IMG/VR virus record: IMGVR_UViG_3300042542_003631
Coordinates: 5,221 to 69,220 of that record
Reading direction: 5' to 3' (one strand)
DNA from: a virus
DNA length: 64,000 nucleotides
Every line of letters begins with the position of its first letter. The first letter of the stretch is position 1. Below the pieces are notes generated by a model. The model was not told the origin of the DNA. It did no database searches and saw only the letters and a list, made by a program, of their open reading frames with translations. Positions 47,001 through 55,168 of the stretch are shown one piece after another. The position numbers and the translations under genes are program-made.

Positions 47001-50000
47001 AGGCCTGGTGTCCAGGCGGAGGTAGCTCGTCAGGAGGGCTCCTTCCCCGGGGGCTTCGGCGGGGGCGTGCTGGCTCACATAGGCATCCGTGCCGATGAAT
47101 GGGACGCGGGGGTCGCGCTCCTTCTGCAGGGCCATGATCTGCTTGATGAGCTGCCTCTTTTCCTCCTTCATCTCGGCGAGCGCAGTGGGGGCAAGCGGCC
47201 GCTTGCCCGAGACGGCGTCAACGAGGACATTGGTCGCTGCACGCAGGTCATCCAGGAGCTGCTCCATGGTCTTACCCGTCTTCTTGGCGACGTTCTCGCC
47301 TGCCTTCAGCATGGCCTCGACGCGGGCCTGACGCCGTGGGCTGGCTTTGTAAAGCTCATACCACTCGCCTTCCCCGGTGACGGGGGTGTCGCCACGGGAG
47401 TAGTCATAGGCGGCGGTCACCTGGCCGGTGGCCTCGTCAATCTCAATGCCCTTGGCCAGTTTGTCGCGCAGGTCAGCAGGCACGGTGACCTTCAGCCCGG
47501 AGTTGAGCTGCTTGGCCGTCAGCACAGGGTCGTTGGTGAAGAACCCGACACGCTCGCCATTGACGGTCTTGAACGGGACTGCACCGCCAGCATTGTCAAT
47601 CGCCTCCTTGGTGTCAGGCAGCGGCTTCATCCTAGGCCCATACTTCGAGCCGGTGAAGAAGCCTTCAGGCTCGCCACCCTCAGGCGGATGAGCATCAGCC
47701 CAGGCCTTGCGCACGCGGGCTTCCAGAGCTCGCGCCTCGGGGCTGCCATTCGATGGGCCGCGTTTGGTCAACGCCTTGATCGCCGAGTTCAGCTCGGAGC
47801 TTGACGGGATGAAGCCGGTCTCAAGCATGAGCTTGATGACCCGGGACTCAGCTTCCTCCTGCTGAGTGGGGGCGGCAGGTGCCGGGGCAGGCTTGCCCCG
47901 CTTGACGAGTTTGACGGCAGGCGGAGTCGCTCCCGCAGAGAGGCGGGCGGCAAGCTCGGCGGCCTCCCGCGTGACGCGGGCGCGCTGCGCCTTAGCTTCC
48001 GCTTTGGTCAGCTTCCGGCCCGGGGCTGCTTGACCTTGACGAGTCCCTGATGGAGCTCGCGCTGGAGCTTTTTCTTCTGCGACTCGTCCAGCGGGCTGCC
48101 CTTGGACAGGAGATACGCCACTTGCTTGCGGCTCTTTTGCTTGGGTGTCATCGGCTTTGGGGGTGGGGGGTTTCGGGGCTGGGGCTGCGGGGGAGGGTGC
48201 GACGGGCTGGGTGGGGGCAGGGGCAGCCTCTGCAGCTTTGACAGTCGTGATGAATCGGTCAGCGAGGTTGCCGCGGCGTTGCGACCCGGTAAAGGTGGCA
48301 GGGTATTTCCACTCACCATCCTCGAACACCGCATCACCGGTGACGATGATGTCACCCTCACTACGGTAGACGTCAGAGGTCACAACCGAGCCCTTGCCGA
48401 GCACGTTCTTGGGTCCGGGGGCCGGAGTGGCTGCGGCGGCAGGAGCAGCGGGGAATTTAGCAGCCTTCTTCGCTTCGAGATCGGCAATCTGCTTCTGGAG
48501 GTCAGCGTCACCCGCCTCTCCATAAGTGAACTCAGAGGCGAACTGCTTGCGGTATTCAATGTCCTTGGTCAGCTCCTCTTCGGTGGCTGTGTCAAGAGGG
48601 AGAGGGGGCGGAGGGATCGTCGCGGGCTTCTTGACAGCGGCAGGAGCGGCAGTCTCCGAGGGCTCACTTGGAGTGGCAAATGGGTCGGCCGTCGCCTGCT
48701 CGGGTTCGGCCACAGGGACCATGGTGTCAGGGTTGGCGGAGATCGCAGCGCGCAGGCCATCAAGGCGTTGCTGCAGCTCCTCGCGCTGGGGGTCGTCAGC
48801 GGGGAGAGCGTTGAGCTGAGCCTCCACGTCGCGAGCGACCACCGTGGCTTGGGCGTAGGCGGGCTGACCTTGCAGCGCAGCCTCCGCGTCAGCCTGTGCT
48901 TGCGCGGCTTGCTGATCGAGTTCGGCCTGCGAGACCTGCTGGTTGGCCTTCTCGCGCATGGCCGCGGCCGAGGCAGGAAGACCGGCAGCGTCAAGATTGT
49001 CGGCGGCGGCGAGCTGATCCTTGACCGCAGGGTTCTTCTTGAGTTCGCGGCGGGCCAGGTAGGCGTCCATCGTGGCGAATGGCGCGGACATGCCAGCACC
49101 GAGCAGGCCGCCAGCGGCCGCAGCCTTCAGGGTGTCCATCACGATTTCAGAGACCGGCTTGCCCGGGTCGACCGCGATCTTGTCGATGACGCCATTGACG
49201 AACTCGTCAAGACCTTCCTCGGTGGCTTCCGAGAGGGCCTCTTTACCGAGCGACTTGCCGAGGAACACGGCCATGCCTTCCTTGGCGGCTTGCGCGGCTT
49301 TACTGACCTGGGGAGCAGCGAGCTTTTCAGCACCGGTGGCACCGAATCCAGCGGTGATCGCGCTGGTGACGAGGCCGGAAACGATCGCACGAGCACGGGC
49401 GCCATCACGGGCGCGACGACGGGCAGCCTCGACGACTTCGGGGGTGCGCTCCGCATCGGGGATGCGGGAGAGCTCGTCCTTGAGGAACTCGTCAAAGTAT
49501 TGGTTGAACGCTCCGCCAGCGCTCTGCATGCCAGCGGCGAACGACGAGGCGGCGAGACCGCCGGTCTTGGCCAGGGCCAGGCGGCGGGCTTCGATCTTGG
49601 CAGCCGCAGCACCTCCGGCCCTGAGCGCGGCGGCTGTGGCGAAGGTGCCAGCGCCGACACGGCCTGCGGTGGCGGCGGCAGCGGTGCGGCCCGCGAGCGT
49701 GCCCACCCCGCGAAGTCCAGCAACCACACCTCGACCAGCAAGGCCTGCGGGGGCGGTGGCCAGGGAGGTGACCATCATCGAGGCCGCGTCGGAGGCGTAT
49801 GTTGCTCCCCCGGTTGCCTCGCTGGCGGCAGCCAGCTCGCCACTGAGTTTCCCTGTGGCTTCGGCACGGGCGACGGTCTCCTCGTCCTCCACCCCGACGA
49901 GTCGCTTGACGCCGTAGTAAGCACCGAGGGTATCGCTCATGCCCCGCAAGGCTCCGAGCTTGATCTGGGTGCCGAGATTGGAATACCACGCACCGTTCTC

Positions 50001-50780
50001 TTCCTGCCAGCGCTCCATGACATCAGCGTCCGTGGCGTCAGGGTTTGCCTCACGGAGGTCCCGCTCAAACTGGTTGAACTTGTTGGAGCCCCAGACGGAG
50101 TCGCCAAAGGCGTCCTCCATGCTGGTGATCTCGCCACGGAGCTTGGCCCCCACATCCTCGCGGAGCCGGCGGCCCTCCATCATGGCGTCAGCCTTCTGCT
50201 CATCTGTCAGGTTGGTCGCCTTGACAGCGTCGCGGTAGCGAGACTTGGACAGGGCGAGGGAAGGGCTGGCGTAGAACTTGCCGTTGGCGACATGGAACTC
50301 ACGGTCGTCGTTGGCGACTTCCTCGACTGCGTCAAGGTCATCGTCGTCAGAGGCTCCCAGGACGCTCTTCAGCTTCTGGAGTTCGTCACGGTCTTCGGGC
50401 GTCAGGGTGGCAAGGTCAGTCCCGCCGAAAGTTGACCTGGCCTTCGACTCGATCTCGCGCTTGCGGGCCGCGAGCTGCATCCGGTCAGGAGCCGCGGACG
50501 AGGCCTCATTGTCAGCCTCCTCGGTAGCTGCGGCGAAGCCGCTGGCCCCACGCAGCTCGGCCCCCTTCTGCTTGCGGAACTCCTTGAACTTAGCCCACCG
50601 CTCAGGCGAGATGTTGTCAGAGTCGTCAGCCGCGGCCTTGGTGAACTTCTGCTGCCAGATGTCAAAGGTCTCCTTGCGGGTCTTGGGGTCCCAGGTCGAG
50701 TAAGAGGGGGACTGTTCGATGTCAGTCCAGCGTGGGAGTTCAGCGAAAGTCTGGGGCTTGGTTTCGGTCGCAGTGGCCAT
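38013..50780 (-). CDS. Giant polyvalent internal virion/ejection protein (zincin, ART-like and LPD38-like domains)
   Basis: About 4255 aa, very Cys-poor; HEATH at 43098-43112; ART-PolyVal-like block about 41850-42450; C-terminal PYTVKIGD.Y.S motif. Confidence 0.75.
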   Translation of the reverse strand: MATATETKPQTFAELPRWTDIEQSPSYSTWDPKTRKETFDIWQQKFTKAAADDSDNISPERWAKFKEFRKQKGAELRGASGFAAATEEADNEASSAAPDRMQLAARKREIESKARSTFGGTDLATLTPEDRDELQKLKSVLGASDDDDLDAVEEVANDDREFHVANGKFYASPSLALSKSRYRDAVKATNLTDEQKADAMMEGRRLREDVGAKLRGEITSMEDAFGDSVWGSNKFNQFERDLREANPDATDADVMERWQEENGAWYSNLGTQIKLGALRGMSDTLGAYYGVKRLVGVEDEETVARAEATGKLSGELAAASEATGGATYASDAASMMVTSLATAPAGLAGRGVVAGLRGVGTLAGRTAAAATAGRVGAGTFATAAALRAGGAAAAKIEARRLALAKTGGLAASSFAAGMQSAGGAFNQYFDEFLKDELSRIPDAERTPEVVEAARRRARDGARARAIVSGLVTSAITAGFGATGAEKLAAPQVSKAAQAAKEGMAVFLGKSLGKEALSEATEEGLDEFVNGVIDKIAVDPGKPVSEIVMDTLKAAAAGGLLGAGMSAPFATMDAYLARRELKKNPAVKDQLAAADNLDAAGLPASAAAMREKANQQVSQAELDQQAAQAQADAEAALQGQPAYAQATVVARDVEAQLNALPADDPQREELQQRLDGLRAAISANPDTMVPVAEPEQATADPFATPSEPSETAAPAAVKKPATIPPPPLPLDTATEEELTKDIEYRKQFASEFTYGEAGDADLQKQIADLEAKKAAKFPAAPAAAATPAPGPKNVLGKGSVVTSDVYRSEGDIIVTGDAVFEDGEWKYPATFTGSQRRGNLADRFITTVKAAEAAPAPTQPVAPSPAAPAPKPPTPKADDTQAKEPQASGVSPVQGQPAGRVAEEKAPARAPSGTRQGQAAPGRKLTKAEAKAQRARVTREAAELAARLSAGATPPAVKLVKRGKPAPAPAAPTQQEEAESRVIKLMLETGFIPSSSELNSAIKALTKRGPSNGSPEARALEARVRKAWADAHPPEGGEPEGFFTGSKYGPRMKPLPDTKEAIDNAGGAVPFKTVNGERVGFFTNDPVLTAKQLNSGLKVTVPADLRDKLAKGIEIDEATGQVTAAYDYSRGDTPVTGEGEWYELYKASPRRQARVEAMLKAGENVAKKTGKTMEQLLDDLRAATNVLVDAVSGKRPLAPTALAEMKEEKRQLIKQIMALQKERDPRVPFIGTDAYVSQHAPAEAPGEGALLTSYLRLDTRPDPASGMTYVQAVVRRTLEEQFPRLADSDLVETMENAVNNEALVKVRKALLANPDADPATLLPKLPNFVTLVYKNVLRKFNDAARTHRALITGSIDEELSTADQLTAGLAAEAASIDAEALAEQISTDEASVTPLTGDEVSELKDTLQEMNDGNPDPVSLGLLRANPLQARRALEAAEQGLQFKVGPDGNLLFEHGPPLSQDERTALDGVLNGVVPPGSNDLAKHLASVPDVARFFLEMTTLGRAVMRSAKTPIGAPMFSEEDIRKKNLVEVFTVVHTGDTSTAGRIIDQAVKNIAANAGYTHLTHAEARAWLRRVLQSTARTTEVVGRAAPPSAASERRVQERVAELQTSVESGKALVARIKAEMDRIEARQRVVRGRIDELRAQSKDPNLDKKTQEANRRELAKLNAELSSLNESRQLSDINLRDAADSLEGVTRAYAAIRSKVAPPPAAVLSVAKAKVDADLKAAEARGVAKRRDMTSPAPTKAVKAGVVPTKAIVPEPVNTAEERSMFRSELAAIGLVDGADRVSLYDALKRMSLKASAASDYFKSLARVFHGKPSLLDGIDNVQIIEDPALSADVSVVEGNLVLNVAAMTPTLDGTPRAPEALLRGLVTHAVTSLTAPGTPLTATQQAALAKLEELRLEAVAMEAKLRPEGLQPRFTDALKDTPSFMQAMLTSPEFASMLQSYETGVVKAPKLKSAWGRFWLALGELLTGKPMSFGSGLHAGLMTAGDLMTKSPCPGKRFLDSIKAVLHNPEIAFPKSRTASAEEVNHQQAANEAVELADSPDTTDTVEARLTGDDSPAADPEEVAGLDAALLPDDAALGSAPATEPQGTSRVKRTPKVRKRKRTLKAAKPAAPAEEEVPVAEPAEEEVPVAEPAEEEVPFAEPYVETVTESGAKEPLDFGPFLRAARTKTGREVAMVDAGPGVPEQPLYVRNDRTDTTIYMNRGAMTELVGRLRARGYSTAETTAYLNALLDREASTLAILQRFSNGELLATARDLSDDQRRRIIKRVYGLNPGDPGFMDYFQTGRSGYSQDVTADMIQLGADYYRMMRQVSETGYTSEDVLDMIAASPGTFARTAAFLKATARQFATWWRAYGDVNATRAILNIDEFLQAVTPAAAPAPAAPAPKPSKHEAAQVVANLQGKTIDEVLADAQRVARIREDMRRQVLDGETPETTQLSSTELEGFVKDTLGLAEGDGSSVAVALARIADLPGVNPATRAIAKELSKNPDIKKLSNLLFFVGGKTDSSGARPAGFYEAATHTIALNLPEISNEFAHDKKATLWSKTWVVEALVHEATHAVTTLAIFRHEQGVSQPPKVEAAIRELSALRQAVKAQKGSEEFAYQLSDLDEFAAGVMSNPRFVEWLSKVPASVGAQVPGAKGPVSFIKRVLSHIYRIVFPDLEVDSVMEKSLARIFDIASYPHVVVKPSSKAFGGVGVFQSMKVLKGAGLLTEEELSQQERVIQYGEEGAAMADEVDAFLDEQDELDAAADEIAAYESKLGTGTYFAPSPLSEQDTRYLELAKDPEKNREELQRMVDAAAKAAGYDKSYSRGGGSFTVADARRPYIWLTENRNYAASYGAVTDFFVKEGNTLDLTALGEESIFRMSRQDIASALQKSGVDVTEGDVPVAQLGGGEPLFRAFAADEGKLRDAIARAGYSAVRFYESKRVETPPAVPVVALLDPAQLKLADPITRDESGNVIPPSKRFQPASPDIRFAPAPLFRPGKVTGERKSTEALKNSLPAMPARVQDYLQESTYFSGVAKADLEIIDRLLGRSIAGATGAAEFSNLAYALDKGRLALTDPQRFLAKVVLLQAVNGRIFALQEAMVKAPTPGGLRMLADYEDVAKRIGRDVQDVASTSGTMLNAANIAREVLNPRVATAVYRDAATKSAEKSLPKDLDDVFSDLQKEADDVAAGVVKKSPLTKKIVEAMTRAAGGSPAEVQMMFDFMETMPVKLLQDLRDRGTGVPIPARMADWVANRIFSMVEGTVQAQVKRVAGAAGEPEQTFFEEYSNEVKRLIAMRVNAALAEVAPPNPALTPAQQEAADRAALDSAIRKMVASFDYAPSVERAFNQSKAKLLAHLEAKKGSTPEALKQYAAAKAAIAAMQLDIVPMQMATDIVRRSFDMREQVYLSLSDQRASVTHLATMISNAAGLDAEQSRKVAEAFKTAYEAEANRRIQKTLTNYAQRRSMYEGRGGAERYSRSERFLRLARIGGLRKDEFYNAMATEFGLPTYDPAVAAELDREAERISAMPVGSVQRNDAIRDLNARIANETYRSLLDAYGAKALVKDRSMLWEYLAGVPVAMWKAGVLSGFGTSEVNFGFGTIQSIMDLGFNASAYAVKAGEPALAASNLLTLMRAVGWIADPLGRKEVWTEIKRAALTGRTRFASEQSENMLVLERDIPTLDIPVIKQLMSSATFYKLLGRIGAVVDATVSVPASLARQRLALQYALTKSGADRQKIKEVMRKSFSPDELQSREINAILDAERDQFRNSPRPDLAMESRRYQLLEQRRAEAYAELTSRMEAKDKEDFMEASRESARFANLGTTPTGVAGMIFDSVFGSIERKTKGLSSIIVSFPRAMGNLLDFSLAMSFPLLSFARAHNMSPSRWLLGEDSRYQRERVEFGSLKYGKLMSQGLVATVAQLAIGAAYWAGMDDEDEGRVPWFMVYGKGYPDAERNRQLRYRQPNWSPYTVKIGDLYLSWKDIPGFNLLLGGLASITDMRMVNSFKDPKKIKELEYLADASIAFIKAVTVKNSLQGLAQAGELLSDNDLAEAMTARNMGKLLTNFIGGATNPRLLRDVTSMGRGLAGGGEYTLKDSRGFAAAALSMLPANEIYGAELGQQDMVNTMGTPVTNFWYAPATKRILPTTAGPTVDPIITPLVSAGLFLSPPKGSQMSFDTYEDGSDEIDTEGGLLNSFEPEVEVDAIKMFGEQMRDRMTPEFIKELTDLAAEGQAGRKAAQEMLNEQCTAARNYAKEVIQARIFNREIVPHWQAK
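48008..48151 (-). CDS. Nested 47-aa basic protein in an alternative frame of the giant gene
   Basis: MTPKQKSRKQVAYLLSKGSPLDESQKKKLQRELHQGLVKVK; A/C-rich leader before its ATG. Confidence 0.55.
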   Translation of the reverse strand: MTPKQKSRKQVAYLLSKGSPLDESQKKKLQRELHQGLVKVKQPRAGS

Positions 50781-50822
50781 ATTCAACCACCATGCCCAAA
50801 GAAGCCCCGTTCGTCAAGGAAC

Positions 50823-51842
50823 CTAGAAGGCCTCGCTGGAGCCCTGGGTGCTGGGAGGCGATCCCGCAGCCCCCCTGTTCCTGTCCAGGAAATCTTGGGC
50901 GGCGTCAGGGCGTCCGGCAGCCCCGAGGTTCTTGGCCTGTGTGAGGAGCCTGTCAAGCTCCGCCATGTATTCCCTGCGCCGTGCCGGCTCCGCCTTGATC
51001 TTGTATTGGAGCGTCTCGATCTCGGCGTTGAGGATGGCCGTCGCGGAAGCGGCCTGCTTGCGCCGACCGATCTGAGCCCGGGCGTTGTCCCCGAGTTTGC
51101 CGCCGTCAAGTTTCTTCAGGGCTTCGATTTCAGCGGGGGAGAAGCCGAGGTCGAGCAGATCCTTCTTCGTGGACCGCTGGTTGCGGTCGCGGGTAAGCTC
51201 CTCCGTCAAGGAGGCTAGTTTGGCAGGAACCTCCGTCGGGCGGGTCTGCTGGAGCGAGCGGATTTCGTTGATCTTCTTGGAATAGGAGGGCAGGAAGTCC
51301 TCGTCACCGAGGTCTTCAGCATACTTCTGAGCCAGACGCTCCACGCCTTCGAGGCTACTGCGGGCGTCAGCGCGGTCTTCGCGGGCGACCTCACGCTCAG
51401 CGATGCGGCCTTCCTCTTCGATTCGGCGCTGATTCGCGTCAGCCAGTTCCTTCTGGCGGGTGCTTTCGGCACGCGCTTCCCCAGCGACCCCGAGGAATGA
51501 CTGGACGGAGCGTGAGGCGAGGGCATTGGCGGCCCCGGGCTTGGACAGCTCGCGGGTGAGATCCTGGAAATAAGTCGGGCTCCGGGGATCGAGGCTCGTC
51601 AAGCCCGGCATCAGGGCAGCAGCGGCGGCTTCCTCCTCCTTGCGGCGGCGTTCAGCATCGCGTTGACGCTGAGCTTCCTCCTCGTTGATCCGCAGGGACT
51701 GCTCCTGACCGGCAAGTCCGAGCGCGGTCTTGCGCACGTCGGCGGCAGCCTTGAAGTATTCGGGCACAACGACACCCATCGCACGCGAGGTGAGGTAGGT
51801 GGGCTGCGGGGTTGCGGGGTTGAGCCAGTCAGCGAGAGCCAT
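50823..51842 (-). CDS. Putative internal virion protein (coiled coil)
   Basis: 339 aa, no Cys, upstream of the giant gene. Confidence 0.6.
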   Translation of the reverse strand: MALADWLNPATPQPTYLTSRAMGVVVPEYFKAAADVRKTALGLAGQEQSLRINEEEAQRQRDAERRRKEEEAAAAALMPGLTSLDPRSPTYFQDLTRELSKPGAANALASRSVQSFLGVAGEARAESTRQKELADANQRRIEEEGRIAEREVAREDRADARSSLEGVERLAQKYAEDLGDEDFLPSYSKKINEIRSLQQTRPTEVPAKLASLTEELTRDRNQRSTKKDLLDLGFSPAEIEALKKLDGGKLGDNARAQIGRRKQAASATAILNAEIETLQYKIKAEPARRREYMAELDRLLTQAKNLGAAGRPDAAQDFLDRNRGAAGSPPSTQGSSEAF

Positions 51843-51854
51843 GGTGGGGGAGAG

Positions 51855-52931
51855 TTACTTTTTTGCGAGGGCGGCCTGGAGAAGTTTGCGAGCCTTCTTT
51901 TTCTTCAGGTCCTTGTTGGGAACCACTTCCCCATCCTCGGCAGGGACGACAATTTCGGGGCCGCGCTCGCCCACAAGATAGGGCCGGCCAGCCTTGACAG
52001 GGCCGCCTTGCTCACGAGCGGCAATCATCGGAGGCTTAGGCAGCGCGGCAGCTGGGAGATAGCTGGGGTTGTTCTTCAGCAGCTCCTCAGCGGAGCGAAC
52101 ACGAACTCCACGCATTGTGTCAACAGTCTTACCGATCCCACGAGCGATTTCGCTACTGTCCGCCATCTGCGGAGCAGCCGGAGCAGCTAGTTGAATTGGC
52201 GGACGGGACGACACAGGAGCCGTGGGCTTTGTCACAGACGTAGCCGCAGGAGCAGGAGCAGGAGCAGCAGGGGCCGGGGCGGCAGGAGCAGCAGGAGCCG
52301 CTGGTAGCTCCGGCAGCGGCTTGTTCATGTCCTCCATCTCCTCCTTGGTGTATTCCCGGGCCAGGCTAAACCCAGCCTTAACGGGACCGCGAACGTCCCC
52401 CGCGTCGGGCGTGGTCGACTCGGTGGGAGGGGGAGGAGTCGAACCAGCGGGCGGAGGAGTCGAACCAGCGGGCGGAGGAGTCTCGCCTGAGGGAGCCGGG
52501 GGAGTTTCCTTCGGCAGATCTGTGATGTTACCAGCCTCGTCCATGACCTTGCCGAAGGACTTGGCCGACTCGTTATACTTCTGACGGGTGGACTCAAAGG
52601 TGCCGGCGGCCTTGGCCGCAGCGATCTTGCCCTCACGGGTCTGTCCCGCCATGGCTGGCAGCTGCCCACGCATCTGGTTGGCCAGGGCTTCACGGGAGGC
52701 CACACGGCCCTGGGCGATGGAGGCAACATCTTCGGCGCGGCCAGTGCTACCGTAGGCCTGGCCCTCCCCTTCGAGACCGGCCGCGAACTGCAGCGCCTTC
52801 TCGTAGTTCTTCTCCTTCTTGGCCTGGCGCAGCCCCTTGCGCAGGAGCGAAGCGCGGCCACGGGAAGCGGCAGCCTCGCGAGGGACTTCGCGATCCATGC
52901 CGAGGGTGTATCGTGAGGTGGTGATAGCCAT
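51855..52931 (-). CDS. Putative internal virion protein
   Basis: Pro/Ala linkers; GGPVKAGRPYLVGERGPE motif common in ejected/tape-measure proteins. Confidence 0.6.
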   Translation of the reverse strand: MAITTSRYTLGMDREVPREAAASRGRASLLRKGLRQAKKEKNYEKALQFAAGLEGEGQAYGSTGRAEDVASIAQGRVASREALANQMRGQLPAMAGQTREGKIAAAKAAGTFESTRQKYNESAKSFGKVMDEAGNITDLPKETPPAPSGETPPPAGSTPPPAGSTPPPPTESTTPDAGDVRGPVKAGFSLAREYTKEEMEDMNKPLPELPAAPAAPAAPAPAAPAPAPAATSVTKPTAPVSSRPPIQLAAPAAPQMADSSEIARGIGKTVDTMRGVRVRSAEELLKNNPSYLPAAALPKPPMIAAREQGGPVKAGRPYLVGERGPEIVVPAEDGEVVPNKDLKKKKARKLLQAALAKK

Positions 52932-52932
52932 A

Positions 52933-53865
52933 TCAGTAGCCGGTGCGGAGTCCGGGAGAGCCGTAGTGGAAGGTTGGAATCACGCGAGCCTTGCCGCGCA
53001 GGCGGCGCAGCTCAGCGTTGAGCAGGGCGTAGGCCTGGTCAAAGTGGGCGATGGACGAGTCAAGGTCTGACGAGTCCTCCAGGCGCAGAGCGATCAGCCC
53101 GTGCTTCAGCGCGCCGACGTTGCTGGGAATCACCAGGTCATCCTCGTGGACGAGTTCGACATGGCGGCGGCTGCAGAGGGCGGAGATGGTGCAGTTGTCA
53201 GAGATGGCTCCGACCTTGTAGCGCCGGTAGCTGGGGTCATCCTCGCCGGGTTCATAGATCCCGAGCTCCGTGTCGCCGGAGCGGAGGGAGCAGTATTTGC
53301 TCATGCCAGGGAGCGTGAGGCTCTCGATCTTCAGAACCTGCTGGGGGAAGGTGTTGTCGCCGGCGGCGAGTGTGACGCGCATGCCGTCGACGCCATCAGC
53401 GTCCACAATTCGCTGGCCTTCAGCATCATACCCACGCAGCACAGCCTCGCCACCGATGCCGGTGTCGCCAGCCGCCACCCGCAGGAAAACGGAGGCCTCC
53501 TCGGTCAGATCGGTGTGGACGCAGACGTCCGACATCTCGATCACGGAGTTCATGGTGCGGTCAAAGTTATGGGCGCCCGGGCCGACTTCGTTGAACTCGT
53601 GGGCGAGGGCGTAGATGCGGCGGGGCGACTGGTTGGATACCTGCAGGCCGAGCAGCGCCGCAGCCCTGCGCGGGAGTGTGATGTATCCGTTGGGGGCGCT
53701 GACCTCCACCACGAACTCGGACTTGGCCCACAGGCCGCTGTCAAGGAATCGCTGGGTCACCTGGTTGAGGCACCGCAGGAATTTCTCATCCATCGGGTTG
53801 CGCGCATCCACATGCTCGAAGAGCAGGTCGCGGGCCTTGGCAACAGTGAGACGGGCGGAGGGCAT
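52933..53865 (-). CDS. Putative tail adaptor/tubular protein
   Basis: 310 aa in the virion operon; helical termini around a beta core. Confidence 0.5.
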   Translation of the reverse strand: MPSARLTVAKARDLLFEHVDARNPMDEKFLRCLNQVTQRFLDSGLWAKSEFVVEVSAPNGYITLPRRAAALLGLQVSNQSPRRIYALAHEFNEVGPGAHNFDRTMNSVIEMSDVCVHTDLTEEASVFLRVAAGDTGIGGEAVLRGYDAEGQRIVDADGVDGMRVTLAAGDNTFPQQVLKIESLTLPGMSKYCSLRSGDTELGIYEPGEDDPSYRRYKVGAISDNCTISALCSRRHVELVHEDDLVIPSNVGALKHGLIALRLEDSSDLDSSIAHFDQAYALLNAELRRLRGKARVIPTFHYGSPGLRTGY

Positions 53866-53895
53866 GGGGGAAGGTAACTGGTTGGGTGGCAGGCG

Positions 53896-54783
53896 TCAAA
53901 CCTTTCGGTAAGCCATCAGGGCGACCTCACCGTAGGAACCCCACCCTGGGGAAGACAGATCGGGGCCGTTGACCAGGGGGAAGAAGGTGAGTGAGACGGG
54001 GTAGAACCCAACCCTGACGCGGCTGGAAGTCAGGCGCGGGTTGGTGCTCCAATAGGCCTCACCGTCAACATAGTAGTCGGGGCCTTTCACAAGGTCATCC
54101 TGGCGGAGGATCAGATCGTAGCTCCCAACCCCAACCCCCTTGGAGAACTCCGGGTCCAGGCCCCGGTTGGCTCGGTCGTCAAGATATTCGGGCGTGTAGC
54201 CCCGGATCGCGATCTCCATGGAGACCGTCGATGAGACCCTGCCGCTGGGAGCGGCGCTGTCCTGGGGGTAGTAGTTCGCCCCTCCCGTGAGAGGGGTCTC
54301 CGTGGGCAGCGGGGAGTTTGTGAATGACCGTATGGGGGCGAGATACTGATGCACACCTGGGCGGTAGACAGGGCGGTAGTAGCCGGGCTGCCCCGGCACA
54401 TCCTCCAGTAGGTCGGAGTCCCTGAACACGGTCTTGTCGTATTCTGACGGGTATTCACGGGAGGCGAGCCAGCTAAGGGGGAAAGGCACATACCACCCCG
54501 TCACCTCGGTATCCACGCCGCCTGGGTCACCCGCCCCGCCGCCACCAGGGATGCTGACAGGTTCGCGCACCGTGACCCGGCGTGAGTTGACCCACAGGTA
54601 GACGTCCAGCACAGCAGGCTCCTTGCCCTCCTCCTCGCCCTCCGGTGCCACCGCAACCATCTGGCCGGTTGGAGAGTCCCAGGTTTCCACGCCCCGGCCG
54701 GTGTTGATGCGGAGGCGGTCCTTCCACTCGGCGATGTAATCGGCGGCGTCCTGGATGACTTGGCGGGCTTGTTCGGGGCTCAT
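53896..54783 (-). CDS. Hypothetical virion protein
   Basis: 295-aa ORF in the operon. Confidence 0.55.
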   Translation of the reverse strand: MSPEQARQVIQDAADYIAEWKDRLRINTGRGVETWDSPTGQMVAVAPEGEEEGKEPAVLDVYLWVNSRRVTVREPVSIPGGGGAGDPGGVDTEVTGWYVPFPLSWLASREYPSEYDKTVFRDSDLLEDVPGQPGYYRPVYRPGVHQYLAPIRSFTNSPLPTETPLTGGANYYPQDSAAPSGRVSSTVSMEIAIRGYTPEYLDDRANRGLDPEFSKGVGVGSYDLILRQDDLVKGPDYYVDGEAYWSTNPRLTSSRVRVGFYPVSLTFFPLVNGPDLSSPGWGSYGEVALMAYRKV

Positions 54784-54962
54784 GGTGCGTCGCGGACTAC
54801 TACAACAGGGAAGCCGGGGTGGGTCAAGGTGTCAGCGTCGGCGGAGTAGACCCCGCCAACCTCCTGCACCGCAGCGTCAATCATTGACGAAACGATGCGC
54901 AGCACCTCGTTCGCCTGGGCTTCCGGGCCGGCGAGTCCGTCGAGCAGCTGGTCAGAGGTCAT
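54780..54962 (-). CDS. Hypothetical protein
   Basis: ATGA overlaps on both sides. Confidence 0.5.
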   Translation of the reverse strand: MTSDQLLDGLAGPEAQANEVLRIVSSMIDAAVQEVGGVYSADADTLTHPGFPVVVVRDAP

Positions 54963-55168
54963 TTGAGGAAGAGGAATTGCTCGGTCGAAGATGAGCGTCC
55001 GCCCACACGCCCCGCGCCGAGCACGCAGAACAGGCTGAAGGCCCCGTCAATCTGCTGCCTGGTCACCGTCTTCAGCGCAGTGAACTGAGCGTCCCCGCCC
55101 GCGCCTCCGTTGAGGATCTCAAGGAAGCTGGGCTGCTGGGGTTCGGGGTTGTCGGGGGGTTCGGTCAT
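54959..55168 (-). CDS. Hypothetical protein
   Basis: ATGA overlaps on both sides. Confidence 0.5.
   Translation of the reverse strand: MTEPPDNPEPQQPSFLEILNGGAGGDAQFTALKTVTRQQIDGAFSLFCVLGAGRVGGRSSSTEQFLFLK

Noticed and set aside
38013-50780. Giant protein as a virion RNA polymerase
   Set aside because: No convincing T7/N4 motif B or C and no DxDGD-type motif found by eye; DGVLNG is probably coincidental. An HMM search would settle it.
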